Positions 1 to 11,864 of a stretch of 34,389 nucleotides of DNA are shown in pieces. Numbering within the stretch: the first letter of the stretch is position 1; each line of letters begins with the position of its first letter. Location: NCBI GenBank assembly GCA_008632985.1, contig QPGO01000389.1, forward strand, positions 1-34,389, read 5' to 3'. The notes beneath the pieces are model-generated. The model was not told where the DNA came from and did not search any database. It was given only the letters and a program-made list of their open reading frames with translations. This DNA is from Psammoneis japonica (Eukaryota). The position numbers and the translations under genes are program-made.

Positions 1-761
1 GCTGTGTTGTGTTGTCTGTTGGTGCGTCACAACAGTTGTTGCTGTGAATGGAGAAAAGGGGAGCTGGTTGATGCAGTGCATGCATCCATCCACAAAGATG
101 CACAGGAATGGTGGCATTTCTGTTGTGACATCCCGTTGCCCAATGCAGTTCCTGCACATTTTTTATGCCAGCAAACTTCAACCGTGGTGACATCTGGAAT
201 CACCACGGCTTGCACCGTGTTCTGATTCCGGAATCAGCCACAGCTCCGGTCACCGTGTCAATCACTTGCTGACTCTCATGATGCGGCAAGTGTGTCGCAT
301 GACTGGTTTTTTGGTCATTGTTCATGCACCAGTGAAACAATGCACTGTGATTTCACGTGGCTTCTGCGTGAAGAAAGTCACAATGATCGTTTTGCTTGCA
401 CATTCTGCATGATTCCTGCACAAAAACCAATGACTGCACACTTGCTGTTTGATTCTGTTCAAAAGTGACCCGCCCAGACGACATCGTTGACAGAAGAAGA
501 AACTGAAGCGGGTCTCCATGAAAGGCAAGAAGCAGCATTTTCCAACCGCGAATGGAGTTCACAAACTGGCAGACAGCTGTTCACCAGACTGCTTGTTTGC
601 GATTTGCAACAAGCGTTTGTCAGAACCAGGATTTGTTTGGCAACTGTCTTCGACTGCAAACCTGTTTGCAAACACGAAACACGAGCTGTTCTGTGGGCTG
701 TTAGAAACAGCTCGCGTGCACGCGATGACGCGTTGCTTCAGCCTTGTTTTTAAGCACGTGA

Positions 762-838
762 GTGCGGAAAAAGGGAGGGACTCGAACCCCCGACCTCGTC
801 CTGTGATTGGCTGAGCTCTGCCACTGAGCTTGCCGCAC
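762..838 (-). pseudogene. tRNA-like sequence (tRNA pseudogene or SINE head / Pol III promoter)
   Basis: Minus strand reads GTGCGGC-AAGCTCAGTGGCAGAGC-...-GGGGGTTCGAGTCCCTC-CCTTTTT-CCGCAC. It has an A-box/D-arm (GCTC..GAGC), a B-box/T-arm (GGTTCGAGTCC) and 6-bp terminal pairing GTGCGG/CCGCAC. The anticodon arm does not pair, so it is not a functional tRNA. Confidence 0.6.
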
Positions 839-1199
839 CTTTTGACAAGCCGGACCCGGAAGACAGTGACTTGCTCTGCTGCAGTGGAGACTGCTCTCTG
901 GCTGGCTGCCACTGCCAGCTGCTGCTGGCAGCAGCTGGTGAAGAGCAGAGAGATGCTGTTGCAGTGAGTTGTGTGCAAAAGTTGGAAGCCAGTTTGGTGC
1001 ACAAAAATCAGTTTTCCAGCATGCCGTTCTCTGAAATTTCGCCTCATGGCCGGCGATGCTCGCTGAAGTTTGCAAACATTTGCAAAAGGTGGGCAATCAA
1101 TCCATGATTGCAAACAGCTGTTCACAAGCTCAGCTTGCTCACTCTTCCTTGTTTTGCAGACTGTTTGTTTTGCGCAGAATTTCGCAGCTGGGAAACCCT

Positions 1200-1368
1200 T
1201 GACAGACATCCGAGATGGGGAGTGCACTCCCTTGTGTCGGACAGACTAGCATGGACAGCATGGAGAGATCCGATGATCTCTCCTTTGCTCACTTTCTTTC
1301 TCATCCAGTGCGCAATTGTCATCTGTCCTGGACATCCGTTAGATTGTCCCGATGCCGCCAGTCCGCAA
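1200..1368 (+). repeat. 5' LTR of A1 (~169 bp)
   Basis: Starts TGACAGACATCC; aligns end to end with 7933-8101 and with the reverse complements of 9366-9534 and 11865-12026. Confidence 0.93.
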
Positions 1369-1378
1369 GGTTGTGAGC
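1369..1378 (+). promoter_or_regulatory. Putative primer-binding site of A1 (half-tRNA-Met type)
   Basis: GGTTGTGAGC directly after the LTR equals GGTTATGAGC after one TA>TG change. It resembles the GGTTATG PBS of Drosophila copia, which pairs with the tRNA-Met anticodon loop. Confidence 0.6.
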
Positions 1379-1485
1379 AGCAGTGCGCTGTTCCTCTTCC
1401 TCTGTGCTCATCCATTGCAGTGCCTGTTGTGTGATTTGGCGACTTTTTCTTTGTTGAAATCGTCATCATTGTCACAGCCATTTTT

Positions 1486-1905
1486 NNNNNNNNNNNNNNN
1501 NNNNNNNNNNNNNNNNNNNNNNNNNNNNNNNNNNNNNNNNNNNNNNNNNNNNNNNNNNNNNNNNNNNNNNNNNNNNNNNNNNNNNNNNNNNNNNNNNNNN
1601 NNNNNNNNNNNNNNNNNNNNNNNNNNNNNNNNNNNNNNNNNNNNNNNNNNNNNNNNNNNNNNNNNNNNNNNNNNNNNNNNNNNNNNNNNNNNNNNNNNNN
1701 NNNNNNNNNNNNNNNNNNNNNNNNNNNNNNNNNNNNNNNNNNNNNNNNNNNNNNNNNNNNNNNNNNNNNNNNNNNNNNNNNNNNNNNNNNNNNNNNNNNN
1801 NNNNNNNNNNNNNNNNNNNNNNNNNNNNNNNNNNNNNNNNNNNNNNNNNNNNNNNNNNNNNNNNNNNNNNNNNNNNNNNNNNNNNNNNNNNNNNNNNNNN
1901 NNNNN
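1486..1905. other. Assembly gap (420 N)
   Basis: Run of N. By homology to A2 it should hold the end of the A1 5' UTR and the gag start. Confidence 0.99.
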
Positions 1906-3610
1906 TGATTCAGAGAACGACGATGCCACACATCTGTGTGTTGGGACTCTACGTTTCTGTTTCAGCCCTCGTTTTCGATGTTGTGATTGCTGGGATGACA
2001 TCTCCGATGATCCGCACCCGGATCCACCGACCACTTCGAGTTCTGCATCTACACCAGTTGCCACTGCAGGCCCCACTCCTGAAGACTTTGTCAAGGCCCC
2101 AGCTGCTCACTTGCCTGGTCCAAAACAGTTTGAGCAAGCTGTGACAAACGCACTGAAGAGCTCCACTCCCAAGGTGTCGTCTCCTGCACCGTCTGCCATG
2201 ACTGCTGCTGGCATGGCTTCTTCATCAACTGCTGCCAGTGCCACACACACCTTTAATCCGAAAGGACTTCCAAAGGATGCACTGGCCGCTGTCAGCGCAA
2301 GGAAGCTGGGAAAGCAGCACTTGGCAAATCCCTGGCACCCTGCAAGTCTGGAAACCTTTGTTGCGAGGATGGCACTGAGCGTCTCATCCTTGCTGATGGT
2401 TCACTCTTTGTTCATCGCACTGACTGGGACACAAAATCATTCCTTCGTGATCCTCTCACTTGTGATGACATCTCTCCTCAAGGAATCCGTGCATGGTGCA
2501 TTGCTGCAACCCAACAAGCCTCGGCTTGTGGCACATGTGTGCATCCTCTGTGGTGTTTCATCAAGGATGGTGGAAATTGGGGTTTCACTTGTGGCAATGA
2601 TCCCACCGATGATCTGCCTCTCCGGATGATGGCAGCACTTGACCGAATGAAACTGACCATCTTCCAGCACATTCAGAAAGTTGGAATTTTTCCGGCAGAC
2701 TCCAAGTGCCCTGACATCATTCGCCAATGTTGTGGTGATGGACATGCAGCTGTCAAGATGATTCTCTTTGACATCCCACCAATTTGGATGAAGTGTCTGC
2801 ATGAGTTGATTGAGAGCCACCTGCTGTCATGCTCTGTTCAGAGACTGCCTTCAGCTGCGAGCTGTCATCTCCAATGTTGATGCATCTCTTGATGACCCTG
2901 GCAAGCTTGACATTTTTCTCAGCAACACCCGCCATGGCAAGCACCTTCACCGTAAAACAGCGGACGCCCGGGAAGACAAGACCAAACAACACAAGTTCAC
3001 CCAGAAGAAGATTGTTGAAACCGTCAGTGCAATTCTCAAGGAACCGGATGGCCCAGCTCTGCGTGTCAAGGACCCTCCCAAATGTCCTCCACATTGTCTT
3101 CACACTTCGCCTCCTCCTCCTCTCACAGCTCCTGTCCGCGGTCTTGAATTGCTTCCCCAGGATGAAGTTTCTACTCCGCCTCCAGTGATTGAAGAGTCTC
3201 CCAAGGAATCTGACTCTCCTCCTGTGGAAGAACCTACGGAAACTGTGGAACATTTTGTAAATGAACTTGCCACTGTGGATGTTCCCACAGATGATGATGC
3301 ACAAGCCCTCCATGGTGTCTACAAGGCCTGCATCTGTGGGATCAAGTCCTCGCCTGCCATTGCACAGAACCGTCCATGTGTTGTTTGTGGCAACAACCAC
3401 TTGTTCCATGAGTGTCCTGTGTTGAACAATGCTGAGCACCTGCGCACCCATCTCATTCGGTTCTCCCAGTTTCTTCAACGTGACCAGCGTGCTCGTGATG
3501 CACTTCAGTCTGGCACGGCCAAGAAGGATTTTTCCTGGGGCCATTGTTGTGTTCGGACAAACAATGCTGCCCATTCTCCTCCAATCCGAAAACTCCTGCA
3601 AGCGGGGTGA
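1906..3610 (+). pseudogene. gag: A1 gag region (frameshifted)
   Basis: Position after the PBS; homology with A2 gag (PTPEDF..LPGPKQFE..NALK, HTFNPK.LPKD); knuckle-like CVVCGNNHLFHEC near 3376-3416. Confidence 0.75.
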
Positions 3611-6600
3611 CTGTGAAAGAGGGTCCAAACGACTCGTTGCCTTCTGCTGATCCTCCTCTTTCACCTGTCTCATTTGCCACCCTTCTTTCGAGCTCGACGA
3701 AGGCTGGTGCTCCTGATCCCAAGATGATTCCTGATGATGACCCTGGCAATCACAATCAGGGGAGGGAATTCGATCCTCCTACATTGGATGCTGATGCTCC
3801 ATTGTCCACTGATCAAGACCAAGCATTTGAGCATCTTGATGTGACTGACACCCAGCATTTGTCGCCTCTCAGTGCCGCGCGCATCTCCCCGATTTTTTCT
3901 CCCCCGGAGTCACCTGCGACCTTTGCATCCTTGGCTGCCCCAGTTGTTCCCATCAATCATGTGCTTCGTGATTCAACAACACATTGTGCACAGATTGATG
4001 CTGGTGCTTGGGTGTCCTGCACAGGGGACAAGAACCTCCTCCACGCATGTGCTCCTTTTGGACCGGATGACCCATGCCCTTTGAAGATGCTTCCGGCTGC
4101 TGAAGGCTCTGATGCGGTTCCTCATGGCTTTGGATGCCCACAGGTGCCTGCAGACAACCCTGAAGGCTTTCTTCTCGTGCGTGCTTTTTGCCATCCCAGT
4201 CTACGATCCACTTTGATTGATGGGCGTGATTTTGCGTGGGCTTCTGGTTTCAAATCTCAGTCCACTCGCTCCGAGCTCCTTGAGAAGACATGTGCCAATG
4301 GCACTTGCACTTGCACTGCTTCCACTGATGCACAAGCGGCAGTTGTCCATGGTGTGCTTCAACATGGCAAGGCATTCACACAACCCCTGGTTCCTCCGTC
4401 TCCGTCTGGTGTCCCCTTGACATCGACGACCCCTGACTTGTCCTTGGTTGATGACATTGATGATGCATGTCAATGTGCAGTCTTTTTTGTCAACATCCAA
4501 CAAGGTCCATCTGATCCCTTGCTGATGGATGCTGAGCCATTTTTGATGCAGTGTGACTCGGCTCCGTTGTCTGCCCCTGCTCCTGTCTGCTCTCTCAAGG
4601 TTGAGACTGAACATCTTCTGTGGCATCAACGCCTTGGACACCCCAGTGATCACTGCTTGCACAATGCTCACAAGTGTGTCAAGGGCGTCCCCAAGTTCCG
4701 TCATGCCAATCCTGTCCTTGACACATGCCCTGCGTGTGTCCAAGCCAAGCAAGTCAAGACTCCTGCTGGACCGAACACGACTCGGAAGGCGACCCAACCA
4801 CACCAAGGTCTCACTGTCGATTTTGCTTTTGCTGGCCAGACTTCCAAGAATGAAGCCCGCAAGGTTGATTGTCTTGGACACAATGGTGAAACATGTTGGA
4901 TTGCTGTCTATGATCATCACATGCGGATGCTCCATGGCGCAGCAAGGGTTTCAAAGGCCAGTCCTCTCAAGTGGCTTCGCCGATTCTTGGATCGACATTC
5001 ACGGAATTGTCGTGACAAATGTGTGTTCATGGACCAAGGTGGGCAATTGTGCAAAAACCCCAAAGTTCGTGACCTCTTTGAACAAGAATTCCAGCATGAC
5101 ATCTGTCCTTCTGGTGCTGGCACATCCAACCAATGTGGGCCTGTTGAACCCTCACACCCAACTGTTGAGAACGCGATTTGTGCAATTTTAATTGGTGCCA
5201 ACCTTCCGATCCGATTCTGGCCCCATGCATTTTACCACCACCTCCGTGTCAAGAATGCCACTCCTGCAAAAGATCAAGATGCGGCACCCATCACTCTTGC
5301 TGCCGGAAAGGTCGAAGATTTTACTGCTCTGAAGACTTTCGGATGTCGAGCATGGTCCAAACGCCACTGCTCGTTCTGCTGCCTTCCGGACCAATTCCAA
5401 GAAGGGTGTCTTCCTTGGTTGCCTTCCCAACACCCTCAAGAATGTCATGTGGTGGGATCCTGAGACTGATGAAGTCAAGATGGCCAAGCATGTGCGTTGT
5501 GATGAAGGTGTGAATGACCCATTTTTGGATCAACTCCCTCCCAATGCTGTCCATTTACAGCGTGTGGAAAATGGTCAGCCTTTTCCAGCTGAAACACAGG
5601 ACACCACCGTTCCCATGTTTGTGTCTTCATCGAATCCATTTGCTGCGACCATCACATGCACCATGAAACGTCCTCCAAAGGACCCCACTCATGGTTTTGG
5701 ATTTTCTCAGTGTGCACCAATGGACCGTGTCTGTGTGTCGGAAATCAAGCAGTGCAGTCCTGCGGCTTCATTGTTTTCTTCCCTCCGTGCTGCTTGCAAC
5801 AAGATTGTGGGTGCACATGTTGTCTCTGTCAACAAGCGTGAAGTCTTTACTCCTTCGGATGCTGAAGAGGCCTTGTCTCAGGTCTTTCATGACAAAATTC
5901 TGACTTTCGAGATTGCTTTTGCGCCGGAACGACGATTGGATTCTCGCACTCTTAACAAGGCATTTGAGGAAGCGGAGTCATTTGAGCCGGACACTGTGGA
6001 GGACGACTCTCATGTTCCTGAACTTGCTTTGGAGGATGTGCGATCTGTTGTGGCTCTTCTCTGTCCCGATGATGATTTTTCGGATGAGGCCATTCCTGCG
6101 GATGCATTTTATGCACATCTCAATGCGATCAGCTCTCGCTCACTCACTCCGGAGGAAGCTGCTCTTGACCATCTCACCCGTGCCAAGCTTCGTAAACTTG
6201 ACACATGGCCTGAATGGGAAGAAGGCAAGCAGCATCAACTGGACCAATTTTGTGCCCTGGGCATGTGTGGTCCTCCGCAACCACGTCCCCCTGGCGCGAA
6301 TGTCATGCATCCGCATTGGGATTGCATGGCAAAGCCGGATGGCCAACGTTGCTCCCGACAATGTGGTGATGGTTCCAAGTCGGCAATGCCGGCCTTGCAC
6401 AAGTTGACTTCCACCCATTCGTCGTGAGTGGAACGTTCTGTCGAAAAGATGTTTTTCGCTCTCAGTGCGGCTGTGTTGCATCGTGTCTTCGGCGGCGATG
6501 CACGGGATGCCTGCGCTCATTCTCCTGGCCCATCCCAACCGGTTTTTGTTGCTGTTGATGATGCATGTGCCGCCTGGCATGAAAAGCGATTTGGCAAGAA

Positions 6601-7845
6601 AGCACCCCGCCATCATGTTCTCCCACTCAAGCACGCTCTTCAAGGCCATCCTGAAGCTGGTGTCCTCTGGGAGAAGCACGTCAATTCGATTCTCACGGGT
6701 GAGAAACTTCTTTTCCACAACATTGCTCATGACAAGTGCATCCATTCCGGTGAACATGATGGTGTCAAGGTCCTCCTCCTTCGTCAGGTCAATGATTTTG
6801 CTCTTGCTTGTCCATCTGAAAAGATTGCGAAAGAGATCTGCGACCATGTTGGTGGGGCTCTCCAGATCGAGAATGAGGACACTCCTCCCTTCAAGTGTTT
6901 GGGCTTGGTTGCTTTTTCAGTGGCATTGATGTCATTCAAAATGACGACTCAATCACTGTCAACGTTGCCAGCTGCCTTGACCGTGTTTTCAAGACCCATG
7001 GTTGGGATGCTCCCGATGCACATGAGTCTGATTCTGATTTCAAGGCCGCCCCTGTTCCGGTTGATTGCATTCCTGATCTGCACACTGCTGAAGGTCCTGA
7101 AGAGGGTTCACCCAAGCATGACACTCTTGCTGAGTCCCAAGGATTCTCGCGCCATTCTGTCTTGGGTGAATTGGTCTTTGCCTGCTCCTGTTGTCGTTTG
7201 GACATTGGATGTCCTGTTGTCACCTTGTCCAAGTTTTCCAAGGCACCGGCTGAGCTCCATTGTGATTCACTCAAGTGCATGGCCAAGCATTTGCGGCACA
7301 CCAAACATTGGGGACTGACCTGTGAGAAGTCTAAACACGATCCCGGCCCACCTCCTCGCGATTTTGAATGGCTTGAGGATGACCCATCTCTCCCGGATTT
7401 TCCTCGTGCTGTTGACCTTTTCCAACTTCTTGGATTCATTGATGCGGCACATGGCAATGAACTGTGGTGTCGCTGTTCTGCTGCTGGCTGTGCGCATGTC
7501 CTTGCTGGTGCTGCGATTGACTGTCGATGCTGCACGCAAACGATTGCCGCTGCCAGCTCCACGGAAGCTGAGTTCCTCGCGGCTGCAACTGCTGCGAAAC
7601 AGACCCTGCACCTCCGCATGGTTCTGGAAGAATTGGGTTTTCTCCAACGTGATCCCACTCCCTTGCACATTGACAACTCCTCTGCCACCCAGATGATCAA
7701 CAACAAGGTGCCTGCGGAGCGATCTCGTCATGTTGATGTTCAACATTTTGCTGTCCAAGACTGGCGTGACGCGGGCAAGATTGTCACTCGACACATCCCG
7801 GGTGTCATTGACCCTGCTGATGCACTGACCAAGGCCGTGGGTTGT
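3544..7845 (+). pseudogene. pol: A1 pol: protease, GAG-pre-integrase, integrase, PDZ-like insert, RT, RNase H (disrupted)
   Basis: PR QIDAGA; LLWHQRLGHPS..CPACVQAK; IN VDFAF/MDQGG/LKTFGC; RT ALQGHPE..LRQVNDF; RNase H FIDAAHG/SSTEAEF/IDNSSA/RHVDV/ADALTK. End coordinate approximate. Confidence 0.92.
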
Positions 7846-7932
7846 TTTGTTCTTTGCCACTCTGGTCCTCTCTTTTTATTCGGATCATCTCTTTCTTTCT
7901 TGTTGAGCATTGCATTGCTCATCAGGGGAGGG

Positions 7933-8101
7933 TGACAGACATCCGAGATGGGGATCACACTCCCTTGTGTCGGACAGACTAGCACAGACAGCATGGAGAG
8001 ATCCGATGATCTCTCCTTTGCTCACTTTCTTTCTCATCTAGCACACGATTGTCATCTGTCCTAGACATCCGTTAGATTGTCCCGATGCCGCTGGTCCGTA
8101 A
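7933..8101 (+). repeat. 3' LTR of A1
   Basis: Preceded by PPT AGGGGAGGG; followed by TSD ACCCT. Confidence 0.93.
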
Positions 8102-8413
8102 ACCCTGGCACAAGAAGGGCGATCAAGTCCTGTGCCGAACGTCAAGGCCAGCTGGAACAAACTGGAGAAGGTCAGTGCCATGCACAAAAGAGTGTCTCAG
8201 ATGTTGTGAGAGGTTCAGAGCCAGTCTCTGAACCGAGGAGTGATTTGAAATCTGGAAAACCCTGGCACAAGAAGGGTGGTCAAGTCCTGTGCCGAACGTC
8301 AAGGCCAGCTGGAGTAAACCACAGCAGAGAAGGTCATGCCATGCACAAAAGAGTGTTTTGGATGTTGTGAGAGGTTCAGAGCCAGTCTCTGAACCGAAAA
8401 GTGATTGAAATCT
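8100..8413. repeat. Tandem duplication, 2 x ~157 bp
   Basis: Units start AAACCCTGGCACAAGAAGGG at 8100 and 8257. Each holds the hairpin GGTTCAGAG-CCAGT-CTCTGAACC (8212-8234, 8373-8395). A1 inserted at the start of unit 1. Confidence 0.9.
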
Positions 8414-8581
8414 ATGTCGAAAAGCACGAAGCAGATTTCAAAAAAATCATTCCCGTGTGAGAGACAGTTCAGTCACTGGTTGACTGACTGTTGACATTCA
8501 GCCATGACAGATTTTCTAACAGCGACCGTGCTGCGGTCCACTCCTGTCAGTTGTGCACAGTGACATCCCCAGCCCACGAAT

Positions 8582-9044
8582 CCTGGTCTCACCACAGTGA
8601 GGCCAGGTTTTCAGTGACCCACAACAATGCATGGAACCGGTCATTTGATGCCTGAGTAGACCGAAGGAGCCAAAACATGCTCAAATGAAAGTGTCTGGTG
8701 GTTGAAATCGTTTGAACAACCTAAAGCAGCTTTCCATGATGCTTCCGGAAGCGAGAGGTGTTTCAGGTCTAAATGTGACCCTGGCCTCAGATGTGTGAGA
8801 CCATGATTTGTGCTGGAAAACATGTGGAGTTCCACTGGAACAATTTTTTGGAGCTGCCTTTTTTTAAATGGTTTGTTCATGCCGGATGTTGCGTGAAGCA
8901 TGCCAAAAGCAATGTCACACAGCATGCGACAACGACGATGCAAATAAAAAATCCTGGTCACACATTTGTGAGACAGGGGGAAGAATGACCCGAAGGATGA
9001 CTGTGACTGAAATTTCTGCGCTGTCTCACACATGTGAGACCAGG
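8582..9044. repeat. Four dispersed copies of a ~26-bp palindrome, consensus CCTGGTCTCAC-N4-GTGAGACCAGG
   Basis: Copies at 8582-8607, 8780-8805, 8953-8977 and 9021-9044, each with a few deviations from consensus. Confidence 0.75.
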
Positions 9045-9365
9045 AACGGACTAGGGACATGGGTGCATGCGAGCAGACACACTGCAGTCTCTCTTCATTC
9101 TAAGACCCTGTCCAAACTGGACCAAACCTGTGTGCATGCCTGACGTCATAGAGCCAAAAATGAGCCTCTTCGAAAAAATTGGTGGTCATTGGCCCTGTGC
9201 ATGATGCAATTTTAGGCCGTGCGTGCTTTGGTGAGAAACCTTGTTCTGGTCAGAACAGGGTTCCTCGGAAATGGCACACCCCAAACACCATGCCCCCAAG
9301 TCGACACACGAGATGACCCAGAAGTGGGGTGTTTTTGATGCAATGAAAGTGCGCATGGCTGCATC

Positions 9366-9534
9366 TTGTGGACCAGCAGTGTTGGGACAATCTAACGGAC
9401 ATCCAGGACAGATGACAATCATGTGCTAGATGAGAAAGAAAGTGAGCAAAGGAGAGATCATCGGATCTCTCCATGCTGTCTGTGCTGGTCTGTCCGACAC
9501 AAGGGAGTGCTCTCCCCATCTCGGATGTCTGTCA
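9366..9534 (-). repeat. 3' LTR of A2
   Basis: Reverse complement of the A1 LTR; adjacent PPT (CCCTCCCCT on + strand). Confidence 0.92.
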
Positions 9535-10390
9535 CCCTCCCCTGATGAGCAATGCAATGCTCAACAAGAAAGAAAGAGACGATCCGAATAAAAAGAGAGG
9601 ACCAGAACAGCAGAACAAAGAAGAGCACCAAAAGAAATGGCCAAGACTTGGTCCACAAGCATGACAACAATCAACGGCAGTGTCCCATCAAGGGACGAGC
9701 ATGTCGGGAACAAAACATCCATCCCGCGCTCAACGCATCGGTCTTTGACAAAAAATGTCAAAGGCAGTTCCCAACAAATCTTTTGGATGAAATGAGTTGT
9801 GCACCAAAGAAAAATTTTGTCAATCCATAAATGATCGACCGCAAAGAGACACTCTGGCGAGTCATCCTGTCGCCAAAAATCATCGGAAGAGATGGTGCCA
9901 AAAAATGGAAATCCACCATGGCGAATGATGCGGTGAAAATGAAGCAATGGCAATCCACCTGACAAACCAACACTTCTGCCACCATTTGTGTTGCCCCTGA
10001 AAAACACATTGGGCAAACAAAATGCATCGTAAAGTTGCTCAACGTTGGAAGAACAGTGACGCATCGGAGGTGAGAATCGCACGGCGTTCAAAACGTGATC
10101 GTGAAGTGAGGCATCTTGGTGGAAAGTGTGATGCTCAACAGCCTGATGTGCTTCCTCTGCATCACAGGAATCCCTCCCCTGATCAATGAATGCAGGATCA
10201 TCATCGGCAATGGTGGATGGGTCCGGAGTGCCGCAAAAAGCACAATTGGACGTGACAACGGTCCTGACAACAGAGGAAAGAGATGGAACAGCGGGAGGCA
10301 ACGAGACTCGGTGGCCCTCTTTCAGGGTTACCCTGCTTCCATTGGTCTTGATCGGATGAGAGAAGGAATGGCAGCATCGTGCATCCGAAA

Positions 10391-11672
10391 TTAACGACGG
10401 CCAAACCAAAAATCCGAATTCGGGTCAACTTGACAACCAACAAAGCACTGGCGGCGTCCATGTGCAACAGACGACGGCGGCGCACAGGTGGCAAGCAACT
10501 CGGGTGTAACCTTGATGACAGAGGATGGTCCATGGCTGGGGTGAACATGGCCATCTTTGCATGGAACAACAGAATGGCCAGAAACAAAAAACTTCGGGGT
10601 CTCGAGCAGGCAGGAGCAGAGTTCGGCAGGAAGTGCCACCGATTCGGTGGGGATTGCAAGGGATCCCGCATCAACATCTGTAGATTGCTTGCCCGCAGAT
10701 TCCACAACAGACACAGTGGACTCGACATTCAAGGAATGAGCATCCGCAGGGTCCATCCGAGTGTCCACAGTGAGTGCATCTGCAACATGATGTGCAACAG
10801 TGGCGCCAGTGTCACATGCAGCAGACCCAGTGACTGGGCCCAACTTGGATGCCTTGAGTTCATGAGAACGCAAAGGACAGGTCACAGATGCAGTGGAAAT
10901 CACAGCAGCTTTCTCGCATCCGTTGCAGTCACCGGAAGCATCCTGATCGCAATGTGCTGGCACATCCTTGGGGAGTCTTTTGGGGTTGAAGGTGTGCATG
11001 GCATCAGCCGGAGTCAAAGTCACAGTTGGAGGCTTTGAAGAGGGAGGAGACGGTGCAGCATTCTTCAATGCATTGGTCATGGCATGCTCAAACTGTTTTG
11101 GTCCAGGCAATTGAGTGGCCAAGGCCTTGGCAAAATCTTCAGGAGTCGGACCTGCAGCAGTGGTCGATTGAGATGCAGATCTTGGAGGAGATGCTGACGG
11201 TGGGTGTGGAGCATCAGAGACATCATCCCAACACAGACAATTCTCGAAACCAGGGCAAAAGAAGAGAGTGACAGTCTCAACATGGACCGTTGTGGCATCT
11301 TGACCATCTGAGATCGCCTTGATCACAGCCTTCTGAAGATTGGCAAGGTTCAGACGAACCGGAGGAGCTTCAGGAGCAGCCACAAAGAGAGGAGCTTCAT
11401 CCACAAGTGGTCCAATCTGTGTGAGATCTTTAGTCAACGTGGCCTTGGGGATGATGAGGTCATGAACAATCTCATGACGGAGAACAGCAACAGCATCGCT
11501 CTTGAGGCCTTGAGGAGTGAATCCATCCAGAAGTTCTTGAGAGCAGGCATCTCATCGGAATGAAGGACGTTCAGGCAATGATGGGCATCTGGCAAGCAAT
11601 TTTGCTGTTTGAATTGACCTGTGTTGACTTGATCTTGGTCAAATCGACGGAAGTTTGCTCAGTCGGCGCCAT
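10391..11672 (-). pseudogene. A2 gag-like ORF (N-terminus homologous to A1 gag, C-terminus unrelated)
   Basis: ATG at 11672 (MAPTEQTSV), frameshift near 11550, then ..CWDDVSD..PTPEDFAKALATQLPGPKQFEHAMTNALK..HTFNPKRLPKD matching A1; similarity is lost downstream. Confidence 0.7.
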
Positions 11673-11864
11673 GGTTGTGGGGGGAAAAAAATCAAAATCC
11701 CACGTAGAATGCTGGCATGTGGTCTACGGTGGTCGCGATGATCACAAATCGAGTGAGAAAAACAGCTGTGACAAAGATGACGATTTCAATGGAGAAACGT
11801 TGCCAAGTCACACAGCGAACGTTGCAATGCAGTTGTGTTGAGGAAGACAAACAGCGCACTGCTG

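Larger units (their letters stand above)
1200..8101 (+). mobile_element. Ty1/copia LTR retrotransposon A1, full length, degenerate
   Basis: LTR pair 1200-1368 / 7933-8101; TSD ACCCT at 1195-1199 and 8102-8106; PPT AGGGGAGGG 7924-7932; domain order gag-PR-IN-RT-RNaseH; several frameshifts and stops. Confidence 0.95.

Noticed and set aside
762..838. Functional tRNA gene
   Set aside because: The anticodon stem does not pair and extra bases separate the T-arm from the acceptor strand.
1122..2629. Long ORFs spanning 1486-1905
   Set aside because: They are artefacts of translating through the N gap.
8582..9044. CRISPR array
   Set aside because: Spacers are long and irregular (about 45-170 bp), repeats are degenerate, there are no cas genes, and the context is eukaryotic.
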